Shown: in pieces, positions 1 to 7,878 of the stretch
Numbering within the stretch: position 1 is the first letter of the stretch
Layout: each line of letters begins with the position of its first letter
Origin: Pseudomonadota bacterium
GTDB lineage: Bacteria > UBA10199 > 2-02-FULL-44-16 > JAAZCA01
Assembly (NCBI GenBank): GCA_043798915.1
Contig: JAZDOG010000092.1
Location: 1 to 23,200, forward strand
DNA length: 23,200 nucleotides
Direction: 5' to 3'
Made by a program: the position numbers and the translations under genes
Notes under the pieces: model-generated
The model's database searches: none
Told to the model about the DNA's origin: nothing
What the model saw: the letters and a program-made list of their open reading frames with translations, nothing else

Positions 1-113
1 TCAAAGAACCTTTGCCGATCAGCATCAGCAAGAAATATCTTCCGCCGCCCAAAACCCCGGTGCATTACATGATACCATGCGCCAGCATATTCAACCCGTA
101 ACGGTCTCGCCAT
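1..113 (-). CDS. REP-associated tyrosine transposase (RAYT, IS200-like Y1 HUH family), 5' part only; runs off the window edge
   Basis: Not in the ORF track. Manual translation from ATG at 113 gives MARPLRVEYAGAWYHVMHRGFGRRKIFLADADRQRFF, matching the MARPLR-x-E-x-x-GA-x-YHV-x-x-RG...IF-x-x-D-x-DR N-terminus typical of RAYT proteins. Confidence 0.85.
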   Translation of the reverse strand, partial: MARPLRVEYAGAWYHVMHRGFGRRKIFLADADRQRFF

Positions 114-129
114 ACAGGCACCCTTACAC

Positions 130-210
130 AAAGACTGTCCAATGTCCAGACTTGACCCCTTTAATGACCCCTTTAAAAGACTGTCCAATGTCCAGACTTG
201 ACCCCTTTAA
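130..210. repeat. Perfect 35-bp direct repeat (130-164 and 176-210) with an intervening partial copy
   Basis: AAAGACTGTCCAATGTCCAGACTTGACCCCTTTAA occurs twice. TGACCCCTTTAA is repeated at 165-176, and CCCTTTAC/TTTAC stutters follow 210. Confidence 0.95.
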
Positions 211-237
211 CCCTTTACTTTACTTCGCATCCCTATT

Positions 238-1608
238 TTATGGGAGCAGATTTTGCAGACCCTCTAGTGCTTGGACCTTCTCAAGGTTGGCCTGGGCTAT
301 CTTTCGAAATCCATCTGATATCGTGGAATTGTTGCTAACCTCGGTCCAAAAGTCTTTGCCTGCCATCCATACATCGTTCCATATGTCAAAGTTGGACGGT
401 TTTGGCATAGGGGATGTGAAGATTTGCTGGGTGAGCTGTTCGTTCTGCGGGGCGTAAAGCATTGGGAGCATGTCATATGCCGGAGCCAGGCCTAATATTT
501 TTTCTGCGCTAAAATAAAATGAAATGTTGGCCAAATGCATGTCAGTGTTGGCAATCAATTGGCCGAACATTTCATGCCATCGAACAGCTTCATAAGCTTC
601 CTTGCTGATGATTTTTTGAACCAGTAGTTCCTTTGAAATATCTGTCCAATTTCCAGTTTTCCCTACATATTCTGCAGAAAGGGCTTCCAGTGAAATAAGT
701 CCCTTGCGACCGCGTTCCCCGATGCGATCGAAACGCTCAGTCTCCAGGAACACCTGGTCGTCACCATGGATAATGGTCGATACAGTTGTTGATCGGCCAT
801 ATCGCTTGAGGACCTTAAGGCCTGTGTGTTCACAGATGAGAAGGTCCGCACGTCTTTGGCCGACAGCACTTTCCACCTTAGGTGAAAATTTTACCAAAAC
901 AGGTTTCATTTCTGGTCCTACAACCGCAGGGAACTTAGGTTGTTCTCCTCCGGCAGAAGAGCCAGGATCTCCGAATTGCAATATGTTGATGGCAAGTTTG
1001 GGATATTCAATTTCACGTTCCTCGCGTCTCACATATTTTCGTTCGCCAATATATTGCTTCAAATAAAGGTTGAATGCCGTGTCTCCAAGAATAAGATTTC
1101 CAATAAGATCACATCCATATTGGGTGAGATATCTTATGGCATCATCCGCCGACCAATCCTTGATATTATTTGGAAGGCTCAGTTCAGGATGCGTTCTTGG
1201 AATCAGACGCCCCAAAAATCCCTTGGGCCGAAGGTCGTCGATAAAATATGGAAGGTCTTCAAAGAAGCGGCCTGATCTGCCGTTGGTATCGGCTGGCTCG
1301 AAGTAAAATCCCTTGGGATAAATGGCATGCAGTCTGCCGAATTGAGAGGCTTTTCCACTTTCGTCGATCGTGTAAATCGTCAAATTATCACCTGCGTCAG
1401 GAATATTTCTTTTTAAGGCATATGTTGTTTTGCGTGCATGTCCAATCACGACAATATCGTTCGGAAATCGGGCCGAGGCTTTGGAAAATGACGACTGACT
1501 GATACCCAAATGCGAGAAGGCATCGCTTGCCTTTAATGGTCCTTTAGCTAGAAGTTCTTGAAGCCCCAGAATAATTTTTTCAAGATCGATCAGAGGTCCT
1601 CTTGGCAT
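238..1608 (-). CDS. yjjJ: HipA-family Ser/Thr kinase toxin, YjjJ (HipH)-like, with N-terminal HTH-like region
   Basis: Motifs GSSAGGEQPKF (Gly-rich loop plus Lys), LIANTDMHLANISF (catalytic D-x-H-x-x-N) and LAPAYDMLP. Start moved to ATG 1608 (MPRGPL...) because the upstream 16 codons are promoter DNA. Confidence 0.88.
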   Translation of the reverse strand: MPRGPLIDLEKIILGLQELLAKGPLKASDAFSHLGISQSSFSKASARFPNDIVVIGHARKTTYALKRNIPDAGDNLTIYTIDESGKASQFGRLHAIYPKGFYFEPADTNGRSGRFFEDLPYFIDDLRPKGFLGRLIPRTHPELSLPNNIKDWSADDAIRYLTQYGCDLIGNLILGDTAFNLYLKQYIGERKYVRREEREIEYPKLAINILQFGDPGSSAGGEQPKFPAVVGPEMKPVLVKFSPKVESAVGQRRADLLICEHTGLKVLKRYGRSTTVSTIIHGDDQVFLETERFDRIGERGRKGLISLEALSAEYVGKTGNWTDISKELLVQKIISKEAYEAVRWHEMFGQLIANTDMHLANISFYFSAEKILGLAPAYDMLPMLYAPQNEQLTQQIFTSPMPKPSNFDIWNDVWMAGKDFWTEVSNNSTISDGFRKIAQANLEKVQALEGLQNLLP

Positions 1609-1614
1609 ATATAT

Positions 1615-1643
1615 AGAATAGATCGCAATTAACATATTGTCAA
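1615..1643 (-). promoter_or_regulatory. Sigma70-type promoter of the yjjJ-like gene (probably leaderless mRNA)
   Basis: TTGACA (1643-1638), 17-bp spacer, TATTCT (1620-1615), then 6 nt to the ATG at 1608. No Shine-Dalgarno sequence. Confidence 0.75.
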
Positions 1644-1767
1644 TATAAATTAACATGTTAGTGTTATGTAGTGCGTTTTTAGAATAGATATAGAATAGAT
1701 TTTACTAGATGACACAAAATTGCTGGCAACGCAGAAACCTCAAAACGCGGATATAGAGGAATCAAGC

Positions 1768-1791
1768 GGGTGCGCCCTGCCGGGCGCACCC
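1768..1791. repeat. Perfect GC-rich hairpin (10-bp stem, 4-nt loop)
   Basis: GGGTGCGCCC-TGCC-GGGCGCACCC. The minus-strand loop is GGCA, a GNRA tetraloop. Confidence 0.85.
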
Positions 1792-1822
1792 AAACGAAAA
1801 GGCCGCCGAGATCCCAGCGGCC
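1792..1822 (-). terminator. Intrinsic terminator, duplicated copy following the tRNA 3' fragment
   Basis: Minus strand reads GGCCGCTGG-GATC-TCGGCGGCC-TTTTCGTTT, with G-U pairs favouring this strand. Confidence 0.75.
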
Positions 1823-1860
1823 ATTTCATTTGGTGGAGCCTGCGGGAGTCGCACCCGCAA
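1796..1860 (-). repeat. attR-like direct repeat: 3' 30 nt of tRNA-Ala (T-arm, acceptor strand, CCA; 1831-1860) plus terminator
   Basis: 65 bp matching 7885-7949 with 2 mismatches (1805/7894 and 1816/7905). Confidence 0.95.
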
Positions 1861-1863
1861 AAC

Positions 1864-1934
1864 CGTCAGACGGAGCAAATATTACATATGTATTTCAGGG
1901 AGATACGTCTGGATGTTCTTTGCTCCGTCTGACG
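1864..1934. repeat. Long inverted repeat with 16-bp perfect arms, immediately inside the att repeat and downstream of phoU
   Basis: CGTCAGACGGAGCAAA (1864-1879) and TTTGCTCCGTCTGACG (1919-1934). An imperfect inner stem is formed by ATGTATTTC/GAGATACGT. Confidence 0.9.
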
Positions 1935-1972
1935 CGGCTTTGTCCAGCGACACGAGCGAAGCATCGGTTTGT

Positions 1973-2638
1973 TTACGTTGGTTTGCTGTGCCTCACGTCC
2001 TGCCCCTTGGCCATGAAGATAGCAAGCTCCGCGATATTAGTGGAGTGATCGGCAATGCGTTCCAAATATCTGACTATCGAAGTGGCTGGAAAAAATTGCC
2101 TTATGCTGCCCGGTTCTTTTACCGAGCGGTCGAGGAGTTCAGTGACGTAATACTCCGTCAAATCATCCACAATATCGTCGTTTTTCAAAACACCCTCGGC
2201 CTTCGCAACGTCGGCATTCACAAACGCATCAATACTGTCTTTCAGCATCATCTGGACGATTGACGACATCCGTGTAAGATCGACCGGGGAATCCCCCTCC
2301 TTCGCAATTTCGATTACGCGACTTGCCGTATTGACGGCAAGATCTCCCACGCGCTCCAAATCAGTCACGATTTTGAGTCCGCGGGTGATAAATCTCAAAT
2401 CTCCGGCGGCGGGTTGATAACGCGCCAATAATTCGATGCACTGCTCATCGATTGACACCTCCATCGCGTTTATCGCATGATCTCTCTCAATAATCTGATT
2501 CGCAAGTTTCGCGTCGCGACGGCCAAGCGCCACCATGCAATCGGCCACCATCCCCTCCACTCTCGAACCCATAGCGAGAATTTGCTGCTTGAGCTCCGTA
2601 AGCGCCTCATCAAAATGATGATCTATGTGACCGTCCAT
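1973..2638 (-). CDS. phoU: Phosphate signalling/transport regulator PhoU
   Basis: PhoU motifs LARYQPAAGDLRFI, DLERVGDLAVN and YLERIADHSTNIAE. Start set to ATG 2638 after a GGGAGG RBS. Confidence 0.95.
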   Translation of the reverse strand: MDGHIDHHFDEALTELKQQILAMGSRVEGMVADCMVALGRRDAKLANQIIERDHAINAMEVSIDEQCIELLARYQPAAGDLRFITRGLKIVTDLERVGDLAVNTASRVIEIAKEGDSPVDLTRMSSIVQMMLKDSIDAFVNADVAKAEGVLKNDDIVDDLTEYYVTELLDRSVKEPGSIRQFFPATSIVRYLERIADHSTNIAELAIFMAKGQDVRHSKPT

Positions 2639-2655
2639 ATTTTCCTCCCTATATT

Positions 2656-3402
2656 TTAACCGTATCTTCCCGAAATATAATCTTCCGTCATTTTGTTGCG
2701 CGGCGTCGTGAATATTTGATTTGTCTTTCCGAATTCGACCAGTTCTCCCAATAGCATAAAACCGCAATCTTCGGAAACCCGCGCGGCCTGCTGCATATTA
2801 TGAGTCACGATGACTATCGTGTAATCCTTCTTCAAGTCTTGCATGAGCTCTTCGATCCTCATTGTGGCTATTGGATCTAACGCCGAACACGGCTCGTCCA
2901 TCAAAAGGATTTCGGGTTTAACCGCGAGGAGCCTCGCAATGCAAAGCCTTTGTTGCTGTTCGCCGGAGAGCTTGAGCGCGCTATCCTTCAGGCGATCTTT
3001 CAAATCCTTCCACAGATCCACGCCCTCAAGGCTTCTCTGCACGGCCTCTTCCAAAATAGATTTCTTTTTTGTGCCGTGAATTTTGAGACCATATACAATA
3101 TTTTCAAATATCGACAACGGAAACGGATTGGGGCGTTGAAAGACCATGCCGACCTGTTTTCTTAAATTCGACAAACCCGTCTCCAAGATGGATTTGCCGA
3201 ACACCTTGACTTCGCCCGTGATTCTCACGCTGTCAATCAGGTCGTTCATCCTGTTGAAGACGCGCAAAAGCGTCGATTTGCCGCACCCGGAAGGACCGAT
3301 CATAGAGGTGATGCGCTTGGGTGTAATGGACATATTGACGTCTATAAGCGCCTGAAAATCACCGTAATACAAACATAAATATTTACATTCAATCACGCCC
3401 AT
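2656..3402 (-). CDS. pstB: Phosphate ABC transporter ATP-binding protein PstB (canonical Walker A/B, Q- and H-loops; signature LSGEQ)
   Basis: [43 protein letters not shown]-terminal YISGRYG. Confidence 0.95.
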   Translation of the reverse strand: MGVIECKYLCLYYGDFQALIDVNMSITPKRITSMIGPSGCGKSTLLRVFNRMNDLIDSVRITGEVKVFGKSILETGLSNLRKQVGMVFQRPNPFPLSIFENIVYGLKIHGTKKKSILEEAVQRSLEGVDLWKDLKDRLKDSALKLSGEQQQRLCIARLLAVKPEILLMDEPCSALDPIATMRIEELMQDLKKDYTIVIVTHNMQQAARVSEDCGFMLLGELVEFGKTNQIFTTPRNKMTEDYISGRYG

Positions 3403-3407
3403 AATTT

Positions 3408-4172
3408 TTATCCGAACTTGCCCGTTACGTATTCTTCCGTTTTTTTATGCCTCGGCCTCGTGAATATTATTTCAGTTTTATCTATCTCGATCAACTCCCC
3501 CATAAGCAGGAATGCGGTGCGATCTCCGACGCGCGCGGCCTGTTTTGTGTTGTTTGTTACGAGGATGAGCGTGTGGTTTCGCTTGAGTTCTTTCATTGCG
3601 TCTTCCACTTTTGCCGTTGAAATCGGATCGAGCCCTGAACACGGTTCGTCAAACATGATTATCTCCGGTTCGACAGCCAGCGTGCGTGCAATGCAAAGCC
3701 GCTGCTGCTGGCCACCGGAAAGACTCTGCGCCGGCATTTGAAGCCTATCTTTCACTTCGTCCCACAAATACGCTGCCTTAAGCGACGACTCGACAATTTC
3801 GTTTCCTCTTGTCCTGTTGATCCTGCACGAAAGTTTTGGCCCGAAAAGGACATTTTCGCGGATGCTCATCGGAAGCGGAATTGGCAGGGCATATATTATC
3901 CCAACACGACGTCTGAGTTCTTCGACGTCCCTAAATATGACCACGTCCTTTCCATCTAGTAAGATTTCACCTTCTATGACCGCGCCTGGAATTCGATCGG
4001 TCATCCTGTTTATTGCGGAGAGCAGGCTTGATTTTCCGGAATTTGCGGGGCCAATTATGCTCAATATCTCATTTGCGTAGACGGTCATCGACATATTTTT
4101 CACCGCGTAGATATCTCCAAAAGAGATATTGAGATTTCGGACCTCAATTTTTTTTGAAACTATCGTGGTCAT
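3408..4172 (-). CDS. pstB: Second PstB-like ATP-binding protein (canonical LSGGQ; divergent Walker A, Q-loop and H-loop)
   Basis: [45 protein letters not shown]-terminal YVTGKFG. Confidence 0.92.
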   Translation of the reverse strand: MTTIVSKKIEVRNLNISFGDIYAVKNMSMTVYANEILSIIGPANSGKSSLLSAINRMTDRIPGAVIEGEILLDGKDVVIFRDVEELRRRVGIIYALPIPLPMSIRENVLFGPKLSCRINRTRGNEIVESSLKAAYLWDEVKDRLQMPAQSLSGGQQQRLCIARTLAVEPEIIMFDEPCSGLDPISTAKVEDAMKELKRNHTLILVTNNTKQAARVGDRTAFLLMGELIEIDKTEIIFTRPRHKKTEEYVTGKFG

Positions 4173-5011
4173 GCCGCGCGCCTCCCGCGCATAAGTCTGT
4201 GCATCAACGTGTACGCGCTGACATTGATAATGAGGATCGTAAAAATGAGTATCGCGGCGGTCGCATAAGCGTTGTCGTTGGACACGCCCTCGCGCGCGAG
4301 TATGTAGAAGTGCACCGCCATTGTCCTTGCGGAGTCGAAAATCGACTTCGGCATTTGGATGGCTGAACCGGCGGTGAATATCACAACCGCTGTTTCCTCA
4401 ATCGACCGGCCGATCCCAAGTATCACGCCAGTGAGGATACCCGGCAAAGCGCAGGGCAGCACAGATTTTGTGACGACCTGCCAGCGCGTCGCGCCAAGCG
4501 ACGCGGCTACATCCCTGTATTGCCGCGGAACTGACCGGAGCGCTTCCTCGGCCGTCCTGATGATTGTCGGGAGTACCATCGCCGCGAGAGAAAGGCCGCC
4601 GGACAATATCGACCAGCCGAATCCCAGAATCACGACAAAAAGTATAAAGCCGAAGAGGCCAAAGATTATCGAAGGGACTCCGGCCAGACAGTTAATGCCG
4701 AACCTGATTGTCTGCGTGACTTTCCCTTCCTTTGTGTATTCCGCAAGATAGATCGCACTCGCGATGCCGAGCGGAGCCGCGATGCCAATGGCGACAATGA
4801 CTATGAACACCGTGCCTGCGATCGCCGGCAATATGCCACCCGCCCTGCCCATGTCCAGAATCGGTTCAGTGAGGAACGAATATGATATGTGTTCAAAACC
4901 GTTCACCAGCACAAATCCTATTACCGATATAAGCACGCAGATCGCCAAGGCGCACGCGAGCGTCAGCATTACTTTTGCAATTTTCTGCGCCGTGGATGGA
5001 GAGATGACCAT
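4169..5011 (-). CDS. pstA: Phosphate ABC transporter permease PstA
   Basis: AIYLAEY, LAGVPSIIFGLFG and RTAEEALRSVP motifs; multiple TM segments; operon position. Confidence 0.95.
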   Translation of the reverse strand: MVISPSTAQKIAKVMLTLACALAICVLISVIGFVLVNGFEHISYSFLTEPILDMGRAGGILPAIAGTVFIVIVAIGIAAPLGIASAIYLAEYTKEGKVTQTIRFGINCLAGVPSIIFGLFGFILFVVILGFGWSILSGGLSLAAMVLPTIIRTAEEALRSVPRQYRDVAASLGATRWQVVTKSVLPCALPGILTGVILGIGRSIEETAVVIFTAGSAIQMPKSIFDSARTMAVHFYILAREGVSNDNAYATAAILIFTILIINVSAYTLMHRLMRGRRAA

Positions 5012-5014
5012 AAA

Positions 5015-5851
5015 TTAAGGTCTCTGTTTTGCAACTTTTAGCGCAATCGCATTTAAAATCATTATAAAGAAGAATAGAACGACTCCGGTTGCAAACAGCG
5101 CCTGTCTGTGCTCGCCCACTGCATAACCCATTTCAATCGCGATATTAGCCGTGAGCGTCCTGACGGAGTCGAGTATTGAATGAGGTATTCCAGTTGCGTT
5201 GCCAGATATCATTATTACCGCCATCGTTTCACCAATCGCCCTGCCCATTCCCAAAATGATTCCGGCTAGTATCCCGGAGCGCGCAGCGGGGATCATCACC
5301 CTCCATGCCGTCTGCCATTCGGTCGCGCCGAGCGCTAGCGCACCTTCGCGATAATTCTTGGGAACGGCATTGATGGAGTCGATCGAAACGCTGACAATTG
5401 TCGGCAAAATCATCACAGCCAGCACGCACGATGCGGCTAGAATTGAAAGACCTGGGCCCCAAAAATTCTCCCTGATGAACGGCGCAAGCCACATCACACC
5501 CATAAACCCGTACACGACGGACGGAATGCCCGCCAAGAGTTCGATCGCGGGCTTCAAAACCTTTACCCAATTTCGCGGCGCAAACAGGGCAAGAAAGGTT
5601 GCGCACGCGACGCCAAAAGGCATGCCAAAGACAAGCGCGCCTAAAGTGATGCAGAGCGACCCGATTATAAATGGAAAAATACCAAACTGACCTTCGAGCG
5701 GCGCCCAGTGCGTTCCGAAAAGGAAGTGGAAAAATCCACTCCGCAGCATGATTGGCAGGCCTTCCTTGAAAATGAAGAGCGCGATGAGCGCCAGAATACC
5801 GGTCGATGAGCACGCTGCGACAAACAGCAATTTAGATATGAAGCGATCCAT
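5015..5851 (-). CDS. pstC: Phosphate ABC transporter permease PstC
   Basis: ELLAGIPSVVYG, EGALALGAT and GRAIGETMAV motifs. Confidence 0.95.
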   Translation of the reverse strand: MDRFISKLLFVAACSSTGILALIALFIFKEGLPIMLRSGFFHFLFGTHWAPLEGQFGIFPFIIGSLCITLGALVFGMPFGVACATFLALFAPRNWVKVLKPAIELLAGIPSVVYGFMGVMWLAPFIRENFWGPGLSILAASCVLAVMILPTIVSVSIDSINAVPKNYREGALALGATEWQTAWRVMIPAARSGILAGIILGMGRAIGETMAVIMISGNATGIPHSILDSVRTLTANIAIEMGYAVGEHRQALFATGVVLFFFIMILNAIALKVAKQRP

Positions 5852-5854
5852 TAA

Positions 5855-6673
5855 TTATCTCGCGGCAATCAATCCTTCTTTTTCCAGGAGTTCCTGCCCT
5901 TCGTTTGAAAGGACATAGTCGATGAAATGTTTCACATACTCCTTGGGTTCGCCCTTTGTCAGGAAAAAGATGGGACGGGCAAGGGGATAGGTATTATTTT
6001 TTACATCCGCGTTTACAGGTTTGACGCCATTGTACGCCAAGGCTTTGACCTTACCGTTTACAAGTCCGATCGAGACGTAACCGATGGCGGAGGAGTCGTT
6101 TGCCACAGCTTCTCTGCACGTGCCGTTCGAGTTTTGAAACAGGGCATTCGAAGTGAGCTTCTCGTCGCCAAGCACGAGCTTGTCAAAAGACTTCTTCGTG
6201 CCGCTGCCTTCTTCGCGCGAAATTACCCTTATCGGAACGTCCTTGCCACCCAAATCCTTCCAATTTGATACTTTACCGGAAAAAATATCCTTCGCCTGTT
6301 GAGATGATACAGAGTTCACAGAATTTGCCGGATTGACTACTATTGCGATTCCGTCTTTCGCCACGATTGTTTGTGCAAGTTCTTTGGCTTCGTCCGGGAG
6401 TTTTAGCATATCTGCCATCCCAATGTCCGCCGTTTGCGAAAGTGCCGATTGTATTCCAACCGCCGACCCGCCACCCTGCACGTTGATCTGCACACCCTTG
6501 TTTATGATTAAATATCTCTCCGCCAGTTTTTCGGCAAATGGCTGAAAGGCCGTCGAGCCGGCAAGCGTTATAGTTTTACTAGACGAACGTGAACAGCTGT
6601 TTAGTGTTACACAAACGGCAATTAACCCAAAAATCAAACCAACCCCTGCCATTCTTAGAAACTTTGATTTCAT
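5855..6673 (-). CDS. pstS: Phosphate ABC transporter substrate-binding protein PstS (probable lipoprotein)
   Basis: AGSTAFQP, VQGGGSAVG, SREEGSGT and YPLARP motifs; signal peptide with LNSC lipobox-like site; AAGGAGG RBS upstream. Confidence 0.93.
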   Translation of the reverse strand: MKSKFLRMAGVGLIFGLIAVCVTLNSCSRSSSKTITLAGSTAFQPFAEKLAERYLIINKGVQINVQGGGSAVGIQSALSQTADIGMADMLKLPDEAKELAQTIVAKDGIAIVVNPANSVNSVSSQQAKDIFSGKVSNWKDLGGKDVPIRVISREEGSGTKKSFDKLVLGDEKLTSNALFQNSNGTCREAVANDSSAIGYVSIGLVNGKVKALAYNGVKPVNADVKNNTYPLARPIFFLTKGEPKEYVKHFIDYVLSNEGQELLEKEGLIAAR

Positions 6674-7101
6674 AAATCCTCCTTTTTATGTAAGTCACCT
6701 AGTGGAACAAAATTAGAAAAATGTTTGTAATTTGGTGACCATTCACGTGCCTATGGAGATATAAGCAGTATCCCATGAATCGGCAAGGGGTTTTTATAGC
6801 ACAAATTTTTTAAAGAAACAGGCTCTTTTTGAGGGTTGTAGTCGTGTAGCATCGCTTCATGGGAAATTTGCAATGTCCAGATCGGAAAATTTCAGGGTAG
6901 TTGTCGCTTGGCATTAGCGCTTCAGCTGAGCACTGAATAACCTCTTTCCCATGTTGGTATGCAGCTTTCACCTCCTCGTATGTTGCAGTTTGAGGTCCAC
7001 CTTATTACGCACACGTGATGCCGGTCGCCCGGAACGAATGACAGGCTCACAGCGGCCCTTGCTTGCGCAACATACGATCTGATCGTCTGAACATCCAGCC
7101 C

Positions 7102-7130
7102 TTGACATGTAATAGCCAATTGGCTATACT
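7102..7130 (+). promoter_or_regulatory. Sigma70 promoter of the TA operon with an embedded 16-bp palindromic operator
   Basis: TTGACA (7102-7107), 17-bp spacer, TATACT (7125-7130). Perfect palindrome ATAGCCAATTGGCTAT at 7112-7127. Confidence 0.9.
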
Positions 7131-7137
7131 ACCCATT

Positions 7138-7473
7138 GTGAAGGTTCTATTTTATGTCTCGGCTTCGGGGAGGTCGCCGGTCGAGGAATATATCCGCTCG
7201 CTTCCCAAAGCGGATCAGGCCCGCTTTGTAGACGTTTTCCACGGCATCTCTGCGTTCGGGCTTCAATGTCCCAGGATTGCATTTCGGCAGCTGCACGGGA
7301 AGCTCTGGGAGATCAAGTTTGCAGCAAGAGGAGGCGGATATCGCATCTGCTACGTCGTTGCCGATGGGGAAAACATGATATGGCTCCACGTATTCAGAAA
7401 AAAGACGAGAAAAACACCACTGCACGACGTGGCAGTCGCCGAACGGCGAATGAAGGAGGTTCTATGCGAGTGA
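7138..7473 (+). CDS. Type II TA toxin, RelE/HigB (Gp49/DUF891-like) family
   Basis: MKVLFYVSASGRSPVEEY...KLWEIK...YRICY...LHVFRKKTRKTP motif pattern. GTG start lies 7 nt after the -10 box. Confidence 0.88.
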   Translation: MKVLFYVSASGRSPVEEYIRSLPKADQARFVDVFHGISAFGLQCPRIAFRQLHGKLWEIKFAARGGGYRICYVVADGENMIWLHVFRKKTRKTPLHDVAVAERRMKEVLCE

Positions 7474-7778
7474 AGAAACACCGATCAAAAGCGGCTGGTC
7501 CTGTTTTCAAACGTCTGCTCAAAGACCCTGAGATCAGGCTGCACTACGAGGAAGAACATGCCAGAACGCTTATCGCCATAGCAGTCAAGACGGCGCGCGC
7601 TCGGGCCATGCTCACTCAAGCCTGCCTTGCCAAAAAGATCGGCACGACACAGAGCGTGATCGCCAGACTTGAAAGCGGCGAGGACAGGCGAATCCCGTCC
7701 CTTTCTCTCCTGGCACGCATCGCCACCGCATGCAAAGGTGAATTAGAGGTGGGATTCAAGTTCAACAAAGCCGCCTGA
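7464..7778 (+). CDS. Type II TA antitoxin, HigA-like XRE/HTH protein
   Basis: ARARAMLTQACLAKKIGTTQSVIARLESG HTH; AAGGAGG RBS before ATG 7464; overlaps the toxin stop, in toxin-first order. Confidence 0.9.
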   Translation: MRVKKHRSKAAGPVFKRLLKDPEIRLHYEEEHARTLIAIAVKTARARAMLTQACLAKKIGTTQSVIARLESGEDRRIPSLSLLARIATACKGELEVGFKFNKAA

Positions 7779-7878
7779 GAGGTCAGGCGCAGTCAGTTTT
7801 GGCAGGCGTGCCAGATGCAAGGCGCCCGACGAGTCAAGGCCGACCGGCTTGGCCAGCGGAGGGCAGGCCGCTTGGCAC

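Noticed and set aside
130..210. 35-bp repeats as a CRISPR array
   Set aside because: Only two copies, the 11-bp spacer is itself a piece of the repeat, and no cas genes are in view.
77..457. 126-aa plus-strand ORF
   Set aside because: Crosses the repeat and lies antisense to both the RAYT and kinase genes; its internal peptide repeat just reflects the DNA repeat.
1831..1860. TGGTGGAG... end as tmRNA (ssrA) or a second tRNA gene
   Set aside because: It is only the 3' 30 nt of the tRNA-Ala at 7920-7993. I found no convincing 5' acceptor strand or tag reading frame upstream.
6690..6745. Pho box upstream of pstS
   Set aside because: Only GTCAC-like half sites are present; I could not find a convincing 11-bp-periodic CTGTCAT repeat.
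6871..6881. CAATGTCCAGA, an 11-bp match to the RAYT-adjacent repeat
   Set aside because: Short enough to arise by chance in 23 kb, and it lacks the TTGACCCC end.
6810..7001. Open minus-strand frame (GGPQTATYEEVKAAYQHGKEVIQC...) as a gene or integrase remnant
   Set aside because: No start codon at its 5' end and no family motif I can recognise. It may be a gene fragment but cannot be supported without a search.
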